A model generated the notes under the pieces. That model searched no databases and was not told the DNA's origin. It saw only the letters and a list, made by a program, of their open reading frames with translations. DNA of 64,000 bases, taken from Escherichia phage HK6. The DNA lies in the sequence record PP724615.1; one strand, 5' to 3'. Below, one piece after another: positions 18,831 through 26,725 of this stretch. Within the stretch, counting starts at the first letter, position 1, and each line of letters begins with the position of its first letter. The translations under genes were made by a program, and so were the position numbers.

Positions 18831-18906
18831 TGGCTGGAGAAGGAGGAATCGAACCTACCATTAACGGAGTCAAAGGCCGTTGTGCTAACCGTTACACTAC
18901 TCTCCA
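18831..18906 (-). tRNA. tRNA-Gln (TTG)
   Basis: Acceptor TGGAGAG/TTCTCCA; anticodon loop CTTTGAC; T-loop TTCGATT. Confidence 0.65.
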
Positions 18907-18912
18907 ATTATT

Positions 18913-18988
18913 TGGCTGGGATGCCACGGATCGAACGTGGAACCTTCGGAGTCAGAGGCCGACGATCTGCCAATTGATCTACATCCCA
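18913..18988 (-). tRNA. tRNA-Gln (CTG)
   Basis: Acceptor TGGGATG/CATCCCA; D-stem GATC/GATC; anticodon loop CTCTGAC; T-arm CCACG-TTCGATC-CGTGG. Confidence 0.7.
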
Positions 18989-18997
18989 AGAATGCTA

Positions 18998-19234
18998 TTA
19001 ACTAGATGCTGTTTCTACTGGCTGAGATACAGCCGGCTGTTCTAACGTATCTGGTGCTGATACGGAGAAAAGAGCTTGTAATGCTGCAATATCACGCTCG
19101 TAAGTATCAATACGAGTAGTAAGAGTATCTACCATTTGTTTATGGTAAGCTAAGTTATTCTGAGACTCATCTCGAAGAGTTTGCAGTTCTGCAAGACGTG
19201 TTAACATAATTTCACTAATTAAAGCATTACTCAT
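18998..19234 (-). CDS. Hypothetical coiled-coil protein (78 aa)
   Basis: ORF track. Confidence 0.4.
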   Translation of the reverse strand: MSNALISEIMLTRLAELQTLRDESQNNLAYHKQMVDTLTTRIDTYERDIAALQALFSVSAPDTLEQPAVSQPVETASS

Positions 19235-19424
19235 TTGTTTCTCCTAAGTTTTCCTGTTCTTCTAAACGTTTGCCTTCATGATCTACTCGAATAACTCCGC
19301 ATCCTTCGCAAATCACAACTGCACCATAACCTTCTTTGACCTCAGCTTCTGTAATCAAACCAGAAAGATCACCAGTATCTCTGCCCCACATATCAATGGA
19401 GCATTGTTTGCAGAAATCAGCCAT
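19227..19424 (-). CDS. Small zinc-ribbon-like protein (65 aa)
   Basis: CKQCS and CEGCG Cys pairs. Confidence 0.4.
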   Translation of the reverse strand: MADFCKQCSIDMWGRDTGDLSGLITEAEVKEGYGAVVICEGCGVIRVDHEGKRLEEQENLGETNE

Positions 19425-19451
19425 ATTTTATTTCCTATTTAAGTTAATTTG

Positions 19452-19528
19452 GGGTGGCTAGTGGAATTCGAATCCACATAGGCCTGATTCACAATCAGGA
19501 TCATTAACCAATTATGATATAGCCACAA
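19452..19528 (-). tRNA. tRNA-His (GTG)
   Basis: Anticodon arm CCTGA-TTGTGAA-TCAGG; T-arm GTGGA-TTCGAAT-TCCAC; acceptor GTGGCTA/TAGCCAC. Confidence 0.75.
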
Positions 19529-19892
19529 TTGAAAACTCGCAGGGTTAGCGAAACCTTCCTCAATTAGCATGTTCTAGAATACTAATCAAGTTATCTCCTA
19601 TTGCACGCAGCTCAAGACGAGTACGAATTTTCAATTGTGGCGGCTCTCAGAAACTCTTCTACTCTAGTCTTAGCAGCTTACTCCCGAACGCATGTCGGGG
19701 AAGTCTTACCAAGAGCATCAAATAGCACCGTTACACTTTGAGCCATAGGTGTATCAAGAAGCAGAAGGACTTGAACCTTCACGAGATAGACCATTTATCT
19801 CAGCCGCTTTATGAGGTATGTTGCTGGGAGTGGATGTTCCCCATAAACCTTTTAGGCAGCCCCGTCTACCGATTCCGGCATACTTCAAGATT

Positions 19893-19986
19893 TGGAGGTA
19901 GGTAAGGGGATCGAACCCTTACACCGTATCACTACGATCAACCGATTTCAAGTCGGAGTCCAGCGCCAGCCGTTGGATTGACCTAC
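19893..19986 (-). tRNA. tRNA-Ser (TGA), long variable arm
   Basis: T-arm AAGGG-TTCGATC-CCCTT; acceptor GGTAGGT/ACCTACC; anticodon loop CTTGAAA. Confidence 0.65.
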
Positions 19987-19998
19987 CGTATAAATTGT

Positions 19999-20093
19999 TT
20001 GGCGGAAAAGATGGGAGTTGAACCCATAAGGCGGTATTGCTACCACTCAACCGATTTCCAATCGGGTTTAGTCACCAGTCTATTTGCTTTTCC
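19999..20093 (-). tRNA. tRNA-Ser (GGA), long variable arm
   Basis: T-arm ATGGG-TTCAACT-CCCAT; acceptor GGAAAAG/CTTTTCC; anticodon loop TTGGAAA; 5' end overlaps the stop of the HNH gene by about 14 nt. Confidence 0.6.
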
Positions 20094-20664
20094 GTTGTTC
20101 TGTTAATACTTTTGGGCTTAATCCGGTTAGTTTAGTATATCGTCTACGTAAAGTGGACTCTGATACTTCTAGATCTTTAGCTGCCTTAACCCACCCCATT
20201 AATAAAACCTTTTCAGTTATGTCTTCTAAGGACAATTCTGGTTTTATTAACTTTCCTGTAGGTTTTGGCTTACAATTTGTACATGTTACTGATCTCTGAA
20301 GCATTAGATTTCCACATAAGGGGCAAGGTACTCTACTATCAGACCATCCATTATCTTTATTAGTTTTCTTCTGATGTTCTATTTTTGACAAAACTTGAAG
20401 ATTATCTTTAGATAGATTCAGCCTATCTCTATCCTTGTGATCTACTTCTAATTCAGGGTCAAATAGATTATATAAGTCCCCAAATACATGAGAAATAATT
20501 CGGTGTATAAGTACCGAAGTTTGCTTACCATTTATCTGTAATTTTACAGCAGGGTATCCATCAACTATATATCTTGATAAAATTTTATTAGTAAATGTAG
20601 ATAACACATCCCCTGTTTCATTTACTAAATACCCTGGTGCATCTTTTATTGGTACAAACTGCAT
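20080..20664 (-). CDS. HNH homing endonuclease (194 aa)
   Basis: N-terminal IKDAPGYLVNETGDV (NUMOD4-like), HNH core VDHKDRDRLNLSKDNLQVLSKIEHQKK, C-terminal HTH-like tail. Confidence 0.75.
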   Translation of the reverse strand: MQFVPIKDAPGYLVNETGDVLSTFTNKILSRYIVDGYPAVKLQINGKQTSVLIHRIISHVFGDLYNLFDPELEVDHKDRDRLNLSKDNLQVLSKIEHQKKTNKDNGWSDSRVPCPLCGNLMLQRSVTCTNCKPKPTGKLIKPELSLEDITEKVLLMGWVKAAKDLEVSESTLRRRYTKLTGLSPKVLTEQRKSK

Positions 20665-20680
20665 ACATTACCCTATAAGT

Positions 20681-20765
20681 TGGTGGGGCTAGGGAGACTC
20701 GAACTCCCACGCATTTAAGCTACGGAATCTAAGGCCGTATTGTCTACCAGTTCCAGCATAGCCCC
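20681..20765 (-). tRNA. tRNA-Leu (TAG), long variable arm
   Basis: T-arm GGGAG-TTCGAGT-CTCCC; acceptor GGGGCTA/TAGCCCC; anticodon loop CTTAGAT. Confidence 0.65.
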
Positions 20766-20770
20766 AAATT

Positions 20771-20844
20771 TGGTGGAGAAAGAGGGAGTTGAACCCTCGT
20801 CTTCTGCGTGCAAAGCAGATGTTCTACCATTAAACTATATCCCC
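20771..20844 (-). tRNA. tRNA-Ala (TGC)
   Basis: T-arm GAGGG-TTCAACT-CCCTC; anticodon arm TCTGC-TTTGCAC-GCAGA. Confidence 0.65.
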
Positions 20845-21129
20845 AAATTCTTTAGTTTACTAAGGCTATTAGCTCGGCGTAACTACAGCACCTTCGCTTC
20901 GAGCGGAAGGAACCGCGTCATCTCGCAAACCCGATACACTATTCAGTTGCCGCTGAATCTAGTGGACTAATCTAGAACTTCTCCCGAATCGTAGGGATCG
21001 TGCTTTTTGGCAGCCAGTCCTAGGTCGAGCTAATACCTTAGTGAACTATGATGAGGATTTCTCCTCATCAATTTATATTGATATTATAACAAGAAATTAA
21101 GCATCAAGCAACTGCATTTTTCTTGAAAT

Positions 21130-21209
21130 TGGTAGATCGCCTGGGACTCGAACCCAGAACCTTCCGATTAAAAGTCGGATGCTACTAAACCTATTGAGCT
21201 AGCGATCTA
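21130..21209 (-). tRNA. tRNA-Lys (TTT)
   Basis: Acceptor AGATCGC/GCGATCT; anticodon arm TCCGA-CTTTTAA-TCGGA; T-arm CTGGG-TTCGAGT-CCCAG. Confidence 0.7.
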
Positions 21210-21397
21210 TTAGTAACCATTATACACTTCTTTAATAGAGTGGACTTTTAAGTAAGGGTGATTAGTACTAAACTCTACCATTACTTCATCCCAATTTTTA
21301 CCGTAATGAGCAAGTAAGGATTTTGATGTATTCTTACCTGAACGTTTGTCACTTACTACTAATCGAAATACTTTCATTTCGAAATCCCCTATTAAAA

Positions 21398-21474
21398 TGG
21401 AAGCGGGTGCAGGAATCGAACCTACCTCTTTCTAGCTTATGAGACTAGTGATCTCTACCAGAGATCTAACCCGC
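21398..21474 (-). tRNA. tRNA with CAT anticodon (Met/fMet/Ile2-type)
   Basis: Anticodon arm CTAGT-CTCATAA-GCTAG; T-loop TTCGATT; acceptor pairing imperfect, ends approximate. Confidence 0.5.
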
Positions 21475-21481
21475 AATTGTT

Positions 21482-21557
21482 TGGTCAGTGCGGCAGGACT
21501 CGAACCTGCGACCCGAAGCATCCAAGGCTCCCACGCTACCAACTGCGCTACGCACTG
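21482..21557 (-). tRNA. tRNA-Pro (TGG)
   Basis: Acceptor CAGTGCG/CGCACTG; anticodon loop CTTGGAT; T-arm GCAGG-TTCGAGT-CCTGC. Confidence 0.75.
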
Positions 21558-21566
21558 TTAATTCTT

Positions 21567-21764
21567 TTATTGTGGAGGAATATTAATAATTCGTCCATCT
21601 ACACAATAAACGGTACTAGGAATCGTACTATATATGTAGAAATTCTTTATATTACTCTCTCCGCCACAGAAATTTTTAGCAAATTCATACTCTTTATTAA
21701 TGGTTGAGTCAAATTTAAAACAACCAGTAAGTAGGAATACAGATAGTAATAAAACTTTCTTCAT
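21567..21764 (-). CDS. Small lipoprotein (65 aa)
   Basis: Signal peptide with lipobox LLTGC; promoter module upstream. Confidence 0.5.
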   Translation of the reverse strand: MKKVLLLSVFLLTGCFKFDSTINKEYEFAKNFCGGESNIKNFYIYSTIPSTVYCVDGRIINIPPQ

Positions 21765-22217
21765 TTAGCTTTCCTTCTCTTCACTTTATAAGATATATTA
21801 TACAGAGAATTAAGCAGAATAGCAAATGAATTTTTAATAAATTTACTTATTGTGTAGGCCACCTGGAGGCTACCAACCCCACGGCTGACAAAGAAGTTTG
21901 CGAGACCTCTCTTAAATGCCAGAATAGACCCGCCGATCTATCGGAACCTACATAATAAGTAAACTTTATAGTGTCATTCTAGACAGGACTCGAACCTGTT
22001 ATCACTTGTGCGGACTTACGAGAACCATTCTTTCACTCGAATCGAACGAGCTTCTGCCCTCGCCAAGCTGGTTTCCCCATCAACCACGCTAGAATGTTTG
22101 ATTATTTTCAGTGCAAGAGTCCGAGTCTTGGACACGACCGCTTCGCAAGTACATAGGCTGCTTATCATGAGTCAGCACTTCCGAATTGCTAGCTCCGTGT
22201 TCTGCACTGAAATTTTG

Positions 22218-22565
22218 TTAATTTAACAGTAAAGTACGATCTACTTCACCATTAATTGTTCGGCATTCTTCTGGGATCTCTGGTGTAGCCTTATATTCCC
22301 ACCATTCAGAACCGTCGTATTCACCACGTTCTAACCAAGTTCCATCAGTAAACCACACGTTACCATAAAGCAATTGCCCACCATAACCAGAATCATATTT
22401 AAAGTCTAGATTATTTAGAAAATCTTCAATATCTTTTTCTGTATAACCTACGGGCAATACCCAAACTTCTTTGTCTCCATAATAACCGAATTCTATCTTA
22501 ATACACTTAACTTCAGAATTAGTATTCTTTAGGGCAAGTAACAACTCTTCTTTAGCATTAATCAT
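22218..22565 (-). CDS. Hypothetical protein (115 aa)
   Basis: ORF track. Confidence 0.5.
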   Translation of the reverse strand: MINAKEELLLALKNTNSEVKCIKIEFGYYGDKEVWVLPVGYTEKDIEDFLNNLDFKYDSGYGGQLLYGNVWFTDGTWLERGEYDGSEWWEYKATPEIPEECRTINGEVDRTLLLN

Positions 22566-22591
22566 AGCATATTTCTCGTGCTAGTTTAGTT

Positions 22592-22667
22592 TGGTACACC
22601 CACTAGGACTTGAACCTAGAACCCCCCGCTTAAGAGGCGGTAGCTCTAACCATTGAGCTATGGATGT
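22592..22667 (-). tRNA. tRNA-Lys (CTT) by eye
   Basis: Acceptor ACATCCA/TGGGTGT; anticodon loop CTCTTAA; T-arm CTAGG-TTCAAGT-CCTAG. Confidence 0.55.
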
Positions 22668-22843
22668 ATTAAATTACTTTTTCCAGTTCATCAGCTATGG
22701 CTTTGATTTTTTCAAAGTTTACATCACTTATAATGATACCTTCCAGTGACAGAGATATTCTAGCATTTTTTATAGCAGATTCTTTTATCTGCTCTATCTC
22801 TTCTGGAGTAAACTCCCTACGTTCCATAGCTAACCTACCTTAT

Positions 22844-22920
22844 TTGGCGCGACCGATGGGATTCGAACCCACATTCTCTCCCGTGACAGGGGAGTACCAT
22901 TACCAAACCAGCCCCGGTCG
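22844..22920 (-). tRNA. tRNA-Asp (GTC)
   Basis: Acceptor GCGACCG/CGGTCGC; anticodon arm CTCCC-CTGTCAC-GGGAG; T-loop TTCGAAT. Confidence 0.7.
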
Positions 22921-22930
22921 CATAATTCAT

Positions 22931-23116
22931 TTACTCAGCTTTGAGTTTTTCAATAGCTGCATTAAGTTCCTTAAGAAACTCTTTTCGTACATTAAGACGA
23001 TTAAGACTTACTAGTATATCATGTTTAAGTTCTTCGATGTATTTCTTCTCAACTTCAATATTGTTGATAGTGCTATCACGATGAACTTCTAGCTGTGCAA
23101 TTACATTCTTGGACAT
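22931..23116 (-). CDS. Hypothetical coiled-coil protein (61 aa)
   Basis: ORF track. Confidence 0.35.
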   Translation of the reverse strand: MSKNVIAQLEVHRDSTINNIEVEKKYIEELKHDILVSLNRLNVRKEFLKELNAAIEKLKAE

Positions 23117-23230
23117 GCTTGTTTCCTCAGTTATTAATGAAAATGGTATCTGTGGCTGAATTCGATGTCAGCAATGATAGCTGGTTGGCTACCGGTTTAC
23201 TTAACTCTACACAGAATTTGGCGGGCCGTG

Positions 23231-23313
23231 TAGGATTCGAACCTACGTTGTCTTTCGACACGGATTAACAATCCGCCGCCAAACCGCTTGGCTAACGACC
23301 CTAAATTTATATT
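23231..23313 (-). tRNA. tRNA, anticodon GTT (Asn-type) with unusually long variable arm (83 nt)
   Basis: Acceptor GGGTCGT/ACGGCCC; D-stem GCCA/TGGC; anticodon arm GCGGA-TTGTTAA-TCCGT; 13-nt variable arm; T-arm GTAGG-TTCGAAT-CCTAC. Confidence 0.6.
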
Positions 23314-23453
23314 GCTGACTAGGATTTTCACCTAGACGGAGTTAGCACCGTAGCGTGTAGCGGCATACCTCTCCAAACCGTGCCTCATCTTTCAATTACG
23401 GAGACAGTGTTCCTACGCGTGCCTGAATTGTTTTAACAATTCTTTCAGCAAAT

Positions 23454-23529
23454 TGGACGACCGCATGAGATTTGAACTCACATAAAAAGGATTTGCAATC
23501 CTTCGCCTAAGCCATTCAGCCAACGGTCG
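23454..23529 (-). tRNA. tRNA-Cys (GCA)
   Basis: Anticodon arm AAGGA-TTGCAAA-TCCTT; T-loop TTCAAAT; acceptor CGACCGT/GCGGTCG. Confidence 0.65.
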
Positions 23530-23598
23530 ATTTATCTTATTCTATCATGTTGCTTCTCCAGTTCAATTTATGTAATTATTATACAGAACTTTTGGAAA

Positions 23599-23886
23599 CT
23601 AAGCAACTACATTTTTTAAAAATTTGATGCCTTTCTTTTTCTTCTTATATTTCCACGTTAATGGATTCTGTCGATTATGAACGCTTGAGATCTTTGTCTC
23701 GTCAAAGTTCTTCAATATCATGTAATCACAAGATAATTGTTCTAGTGGAATGTGATCACCATCAAAAGCATATACATAAGGCTGTTGACTAGCACGATAA
23801 TGATAGACTTTGTTAATTCTACGTTTCAGCGACTTATCCGCGCAGTAAATAAAGAAGTTTTCAGGATGCATCAGCAGCTCCTTCAA
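23599..23886 (-). CDS. Hypothetical protein (95 aa)
   Basis: Promoter module upstream at about 23540-23620. Confidence 0.5.
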   Translation of the reverse strand: MKELLMHPENFFIYCADKSLKRRINKVYHYRASQQPYVYAFDGDHIPLEQLSCDYMILKNFDETKISSVHNRQNPLTWKYKKKKKGIKFLKNVVA

Positions 23887-23888
23887 AT

Positions 23889-23963
23889 TGGTGCACCCTG
23901 TTCGTATCGAACGAACCTCTCAAGCTCTTCAGGCAAGCGCTAATCCATCTCAGCTAAAGGTGC
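23889..23963 (-). tRNA. tRNA-like, possible Phe (GAA), weak anticodon stem
   Basis: Good acceptor (GCACCTT/AGGGTGC) and T-arm (GTTCG-TTCGATA-CGAAC) but the anticodon stem has two mismatches; may be degenerate. Confidence 0.4.
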
Positions 23964-23969
23964 AAATTT

Positions 23970-24040
23970 TGGCAGGGGTAAAGGTATTCGAAACCTTTTC
24001 ATGGGTTTTGGAGGCCCATTTGCAACCTATGCGTACCCCA
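23970..24040 (-). tRNA. tRNA-Trp (CCA) candidate, short D region
   Basis: T-arm AAGGT-TTCGAAT-ACCTT; anticodon loop CTCCAAA; only about 71 nt, 5' end approximate. Confidence 0.45.
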
Positions 24041-24049
24041 ATTATTAAT

Positions 24050-24124
24050 TGGCACACCCAACGAGGATCGAACTCGTGTTCCCACTGTGAAAGAGTAGTG
24101 TCCTAACCGCTAGACGATAGGTGC
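24050..24124 (-). tRNA. tRNA-Glu (TTC)
   Basis: D-stem GTCT/GGAC; anticodon arm CTACT-CTTTCAC-AGTGG; T-arm ACGAG-TTCGATC-CTCGT. Confidence 0.7.
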
Positions 24125-24131
24125 ATTAAAT

Positions 24132-24219
24132 TGGTGGGCGTTAATGGAGTCGAACCACTCGAGTCGCAATGACCAGGGATTTACAATCCCCTCCGCTACC
24201 ACTTACGGAATAAACGCCC
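24132..24219 (-). tRNA. tRNA-Tyr (GTA), long variable arm
   Basis: Anticodon arm GGGGA-TTGTAAA-TCCCT; D-arm TTCC..GG.AG resembles bacterial tRNA-Tyr; acceptor GGGCGTT/AACGCCC. Confidence 0.7.
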
Positions 24220-24417
24220 AAATTCTCTTTAAGGTAGCCAGTGTTACCGCACTGACTAGGAGTTATCGGTAAAATGGTGGGGGCCATCTGCCAAAAATTT
24301 ACTCTGCTAAAGTAAGAACTACCTTAAAAAGAACTTTCCAAATTAGATAAATATTATACCAAGTTTTATAGTATTGGGCAAGTCAAATTTTAAAGAACTT
24401 GCCCAATGCTGTATTAG

Positions 24418-24693
24418 TTAGTCGAACTTAGGAGTGACAGTTAAGGAGAATGGAAGTTCGAAAACTTCTTCCCCCTCATTACTAACGGTAACTACACGAC
24501 CTTTAAGTTCAGACATTGAAATATCAATATCAGCTTTTGCATCCGGAGCCATGCCAGCTTCAACACATTTAGCTTTAATTTCCGGCAGAAGTTCTACATC
24601 GTAGAAATAAAGCCATTCAATCTCACCTTCCCAGCCTTCCCAGGATTTACAGATTGCACTTTCAATACCAGCTGCTATAACACGATTTTGCAT
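24418..24693 (-). CDS. Hypothetical protein (91 aa)
   Basis: Promoter module upstream at about 24700-24770. Confidence 0.5.
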   Translation of the reverse strand: MQNRVIAAGIESAICKSWEGWEGEIEWLYFYDVELLPEIKAKCVEAGMAPDAKADIDISMSELKGRVVTVSNEGEEVFELPFSLTVTPKFD

Positions 24694-24783
24694 TCATTAA
24701 CTCCTTCATCAATTTATATAACTATTATATCAGAAATTTAAAGCAAAAGGCAAGTACATTTTTAAAAATTCTGTTTGGAGGAG

Positions 24784-24990
24784 CTAAACTCCAGATTCTT
24801 CAGCCAAGTCTAGACTAATAAGAGATATAGCCATAATTGCCGCTCCATGTTCTTTTTCTCCAGTTTCTTTAGCTAGAGTTATAATATCAAGAAATTGCTT
24901 ATGAAAATCTGCAACCTCTTGAGTTAAACCCGCCTCAGCAATCATACCTTTAAGCATGAAACGTTGTGCGGTAATTTCAGGATTAGCCAT
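24784..24990 (-). CDS. Hypothetical protein (68 aa)
   Basis: ORF track. Confidence 0.4.
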   Translation of the reverse strand: MANPEITAQRFMLKGMIAEAGLTQEVADFHKQFLDIITLAKETGEKEHGAAIMAISLISLDLAEESGV

Positions 24991-25164
24991 GTTGTTTCTC
25001 CAGTTTCATCTTTAATAGTCTACAAATAAAATCAATGTCTTCATCCGTGCCTAGATCTCTATCTTCAAGAGTTGCCTTGAAGTTTTTAGTCAACTCCATG
25101 AGAATAACTTCTCTAGAACGACGTGTTGGCGGAGGTGGATGTCTATACATCTTATTTCCTTAAT

Positions 25165-25241
25165 TTGGTAGGGGTGGTGGGATTCGAACCCACAAAACCT
25201 GAATTTTAAGTCCAGTACCTATGCCAATTCGATTACACCCC
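25165..25241 (-). tRNA. tRNA with TAA anticodon (Leu-type) but short variable arm
   Basis: Acceptor GGGGGTG/CACCCCT; anticodon arm CTGGA-CTTAAAA-TTCAG; T-arm GTGGG-TTCGAAT-CCCAC; 77 nt. Confidence 0.55.
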
Positions 25242-25343
25242 CATGTAATCAGTTTATTAGTTGATACATATTATAGCCTAGTGAAAATCCTACTACTAGT
25301 CCCACAAACCAACCAATATAGTAATCTTTTAGTTTCACAGGTA

Positions 25344-25529
25344 TTATCCTCGTTCAATATCTAGGGAAATACCACAGTTAGGATTAATACCTGTACCATT
25401 GCAATTTGGGCAAACCCAGATATTGCAAAAAGTATCTCCTGCTTCTGCATCAGAACTTTCACCAATTCCCCTACACTCAGGGCAGGCACATTCTTCTAGC
25501 TCTTGCTTGAGTTCTTGAAACTTGGACAT
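25344..25529 (-). CDS. Small zinc-ribbon protein (61 aa)
   Basis: CPECRG...CPNCNG Cys pairs. Confidence 0.45.
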   Translation of the reverse strand: MSKFQELKQELEECACPECRGIGESSDAEAGDTFCNIWVCPNCNGTGINPNCGISLDIERG

Positions 25530-25538
25530 ATAGTCTCC

Positions 25539-25727
25539 TTAGTCAATTACTTTTGAGGCTTCTAAAGCATTGACGTAGTAAACATCTTCTACATTATACA
25601 TATAGTCTACTACTTTGTCCATAGCATGGAGTTCGGATGTAGCCTTTACTAGTCTGTACCCTTGTTTAAACTCGTCCGAACGTTCTCTATCTTGTGCAAA
25701 TTTAACAGAAACTATGAATAATTCCAT
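25539..25727 (-). CDS. Hypothetical protein (62 aa)
   Basis: ORF track. Confidence 0.4.
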   Translation of the reverse strand: MELFIVSVKFAQDRERSDEFKQGYRLVKATSELHAMDKVVDYMYNVEDVYYVNALEASKVID

Positions 25728-25745
25728 TAATTGTCCTTATTTAAT

Positions 25746-25823
25746 TTGGTGGCTCCCCGAGGATTCGAACCTACGTACCTACCGGTTATGAGCCGGGTGC
25801 TCATACCATATGAGCTTGAGAAC
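25746..25823 (-). tRNA. tRNA with CAT anticodon (Met/fMet/Ile2-type)
   Basis: Acceptor GGTTCTC/GGGAGCC; D-arm GCTCA-TATGGTA-TGAGC; anticodon loop CTCATAA; T-loop TTCGAAT. Confidence 0.6.
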
Positions 25824-25829
25824 CAAAAT

Positions 25830-25918
25830 CTGGCGGAAGAAGTGGGAATCGAACCCACAAGGCTATATTTCAAACCGACAGATTAGCAATCTGCTGCAAT
25901 ACCGTTATGCTATTCTTC
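25830..25918 (-). tRNA. tRNA-Ser (GCT), long variable arm
   Basis: Acceptor GGAAGAA/TTCTTCC; anticodon arm GCAGA-TTGCTAA-TCTGT; T-arm GTGGG-TTCGATT-CCCAC. Confidence 0.7.
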
Positions 25919-25940
25919 CGAATTTATAAGATATATTATA

Positions 25941-26510
25941 TTAGAAATTTAGCTTCATAGCAAGAAAATTTTTCAAGTTTTCGGTAGACATCTCATCCAC
26001 ATCTACAGGAGAAACAAATCCATTTAATTTTCTAGCAAATTTTTCACCAGCAGGATCGTTGTCCCCGACAGCTACTAATTTAAAAGGTAATAATTTCAAT
26101 TGCTTTAATAACGCTTTTCCTGGAGAAGAACCCAACATTGCCAGGGCTGGGTAACCAGCATTATGTAACGCAACTGCCTTAAATACAGATTCAGCGATCA
26201 ATACTACTTTTTCATCTCCATTGAGAGTTTCTAGTCCCCATACACACTGGGTAGTAGAATAAGTAAAGTATTTAGCTTCAAAGGGGCACTTACCATGACC
26301 TTTTGGAGCAGAAGGATTGTAAGTTTGATAGCCCCTCAACATCCCAGAGAAGTCATACAACGGGACAGTTAGCCATCCTTCCGGACTTAACCAGCAATGA
26401 TATTTATCTGTATCAAATCCTCTAGATAAGAGGTGCTGTGTTAGCTCATCAACATTCATATTTGGTTCCTCTCTCAAATTTATAGATATATTATACAGAG
26501 AATTTAGCAT
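25941..26510 (-). CDS. Toprim-domain protein (189 aa)
   Basis: VAVGDNDPAGEKFARKL resembles the Toprim DxD acidic motif; no zinc-binding primase domain. Confidence 0.5.
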   Translation of the reverse strand: MLNSLYNISINLREEPNMNVDELTQHLLSRGFDTDKYHCWLSPEGWLTVPLYDFSGMLRGYQTYNPSAPKGHGKCPFEAKYFTYSTTQCVWGLETLNGDEKVVLIAESVFKAVALHNAGYPALAMLGSSPGKALLKQLKLLPFKLVAVGDNDPAGEKFARKLNGFVSPVDVDEMSTENLKNFLAMKLNF

Positions 26511-26634
26511 TCAAGCAATCAAATTTTTTAACTTTTTAGAGGAGAATCATAGGGCACTTAAGGGTAGCAGATAAGTGGTGAGGACCAAAATTTGTGACCC
26601 CACTAAAAATCCGGGGGCAATTTTTAAAGATCCC

Positions 26635-26663
26635 TTGACATTTTCGCTGGGGTAGTGTAAAGT
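26635..26663 (+). promoter_or_regulatory. sigma70-like promoter (TTGACA, 17 bp, TAAAGT) for the plus-strand operon
   Basis: Perfect -35 hexamer, weaker -10; shares the 13-mer TTGACATTTTCGC with the promoter at 55633. Confidence 0.5.
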
Positions 26664-26725
26664 ATATGTTATGGATGAGTGATCAAAGAGACACACATTT
26701 TCTATATACTAGGAGGTGTCAAAAA

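Noticed and set aside
18566-19045. Plus-strand 159-aa ORF across the tRNA-Gly/Gln/Gln cluster, and similar ORFs at 20740-20970, 21477-21707, 22008-22226, 22697-23014, 23888-24106
   Set aside because: Each is antisense to and overlaps tRNA genes or tRNA-like sequence; no RBS or promoter; likely chance ORFs in structured RNA.
21850-22210. Group I intron interpretation of the tRNA-like region
   Set aside because: I could not identify conserved intron core elements or exon junctions by eye; kept only as an unresolved structured-region finding.
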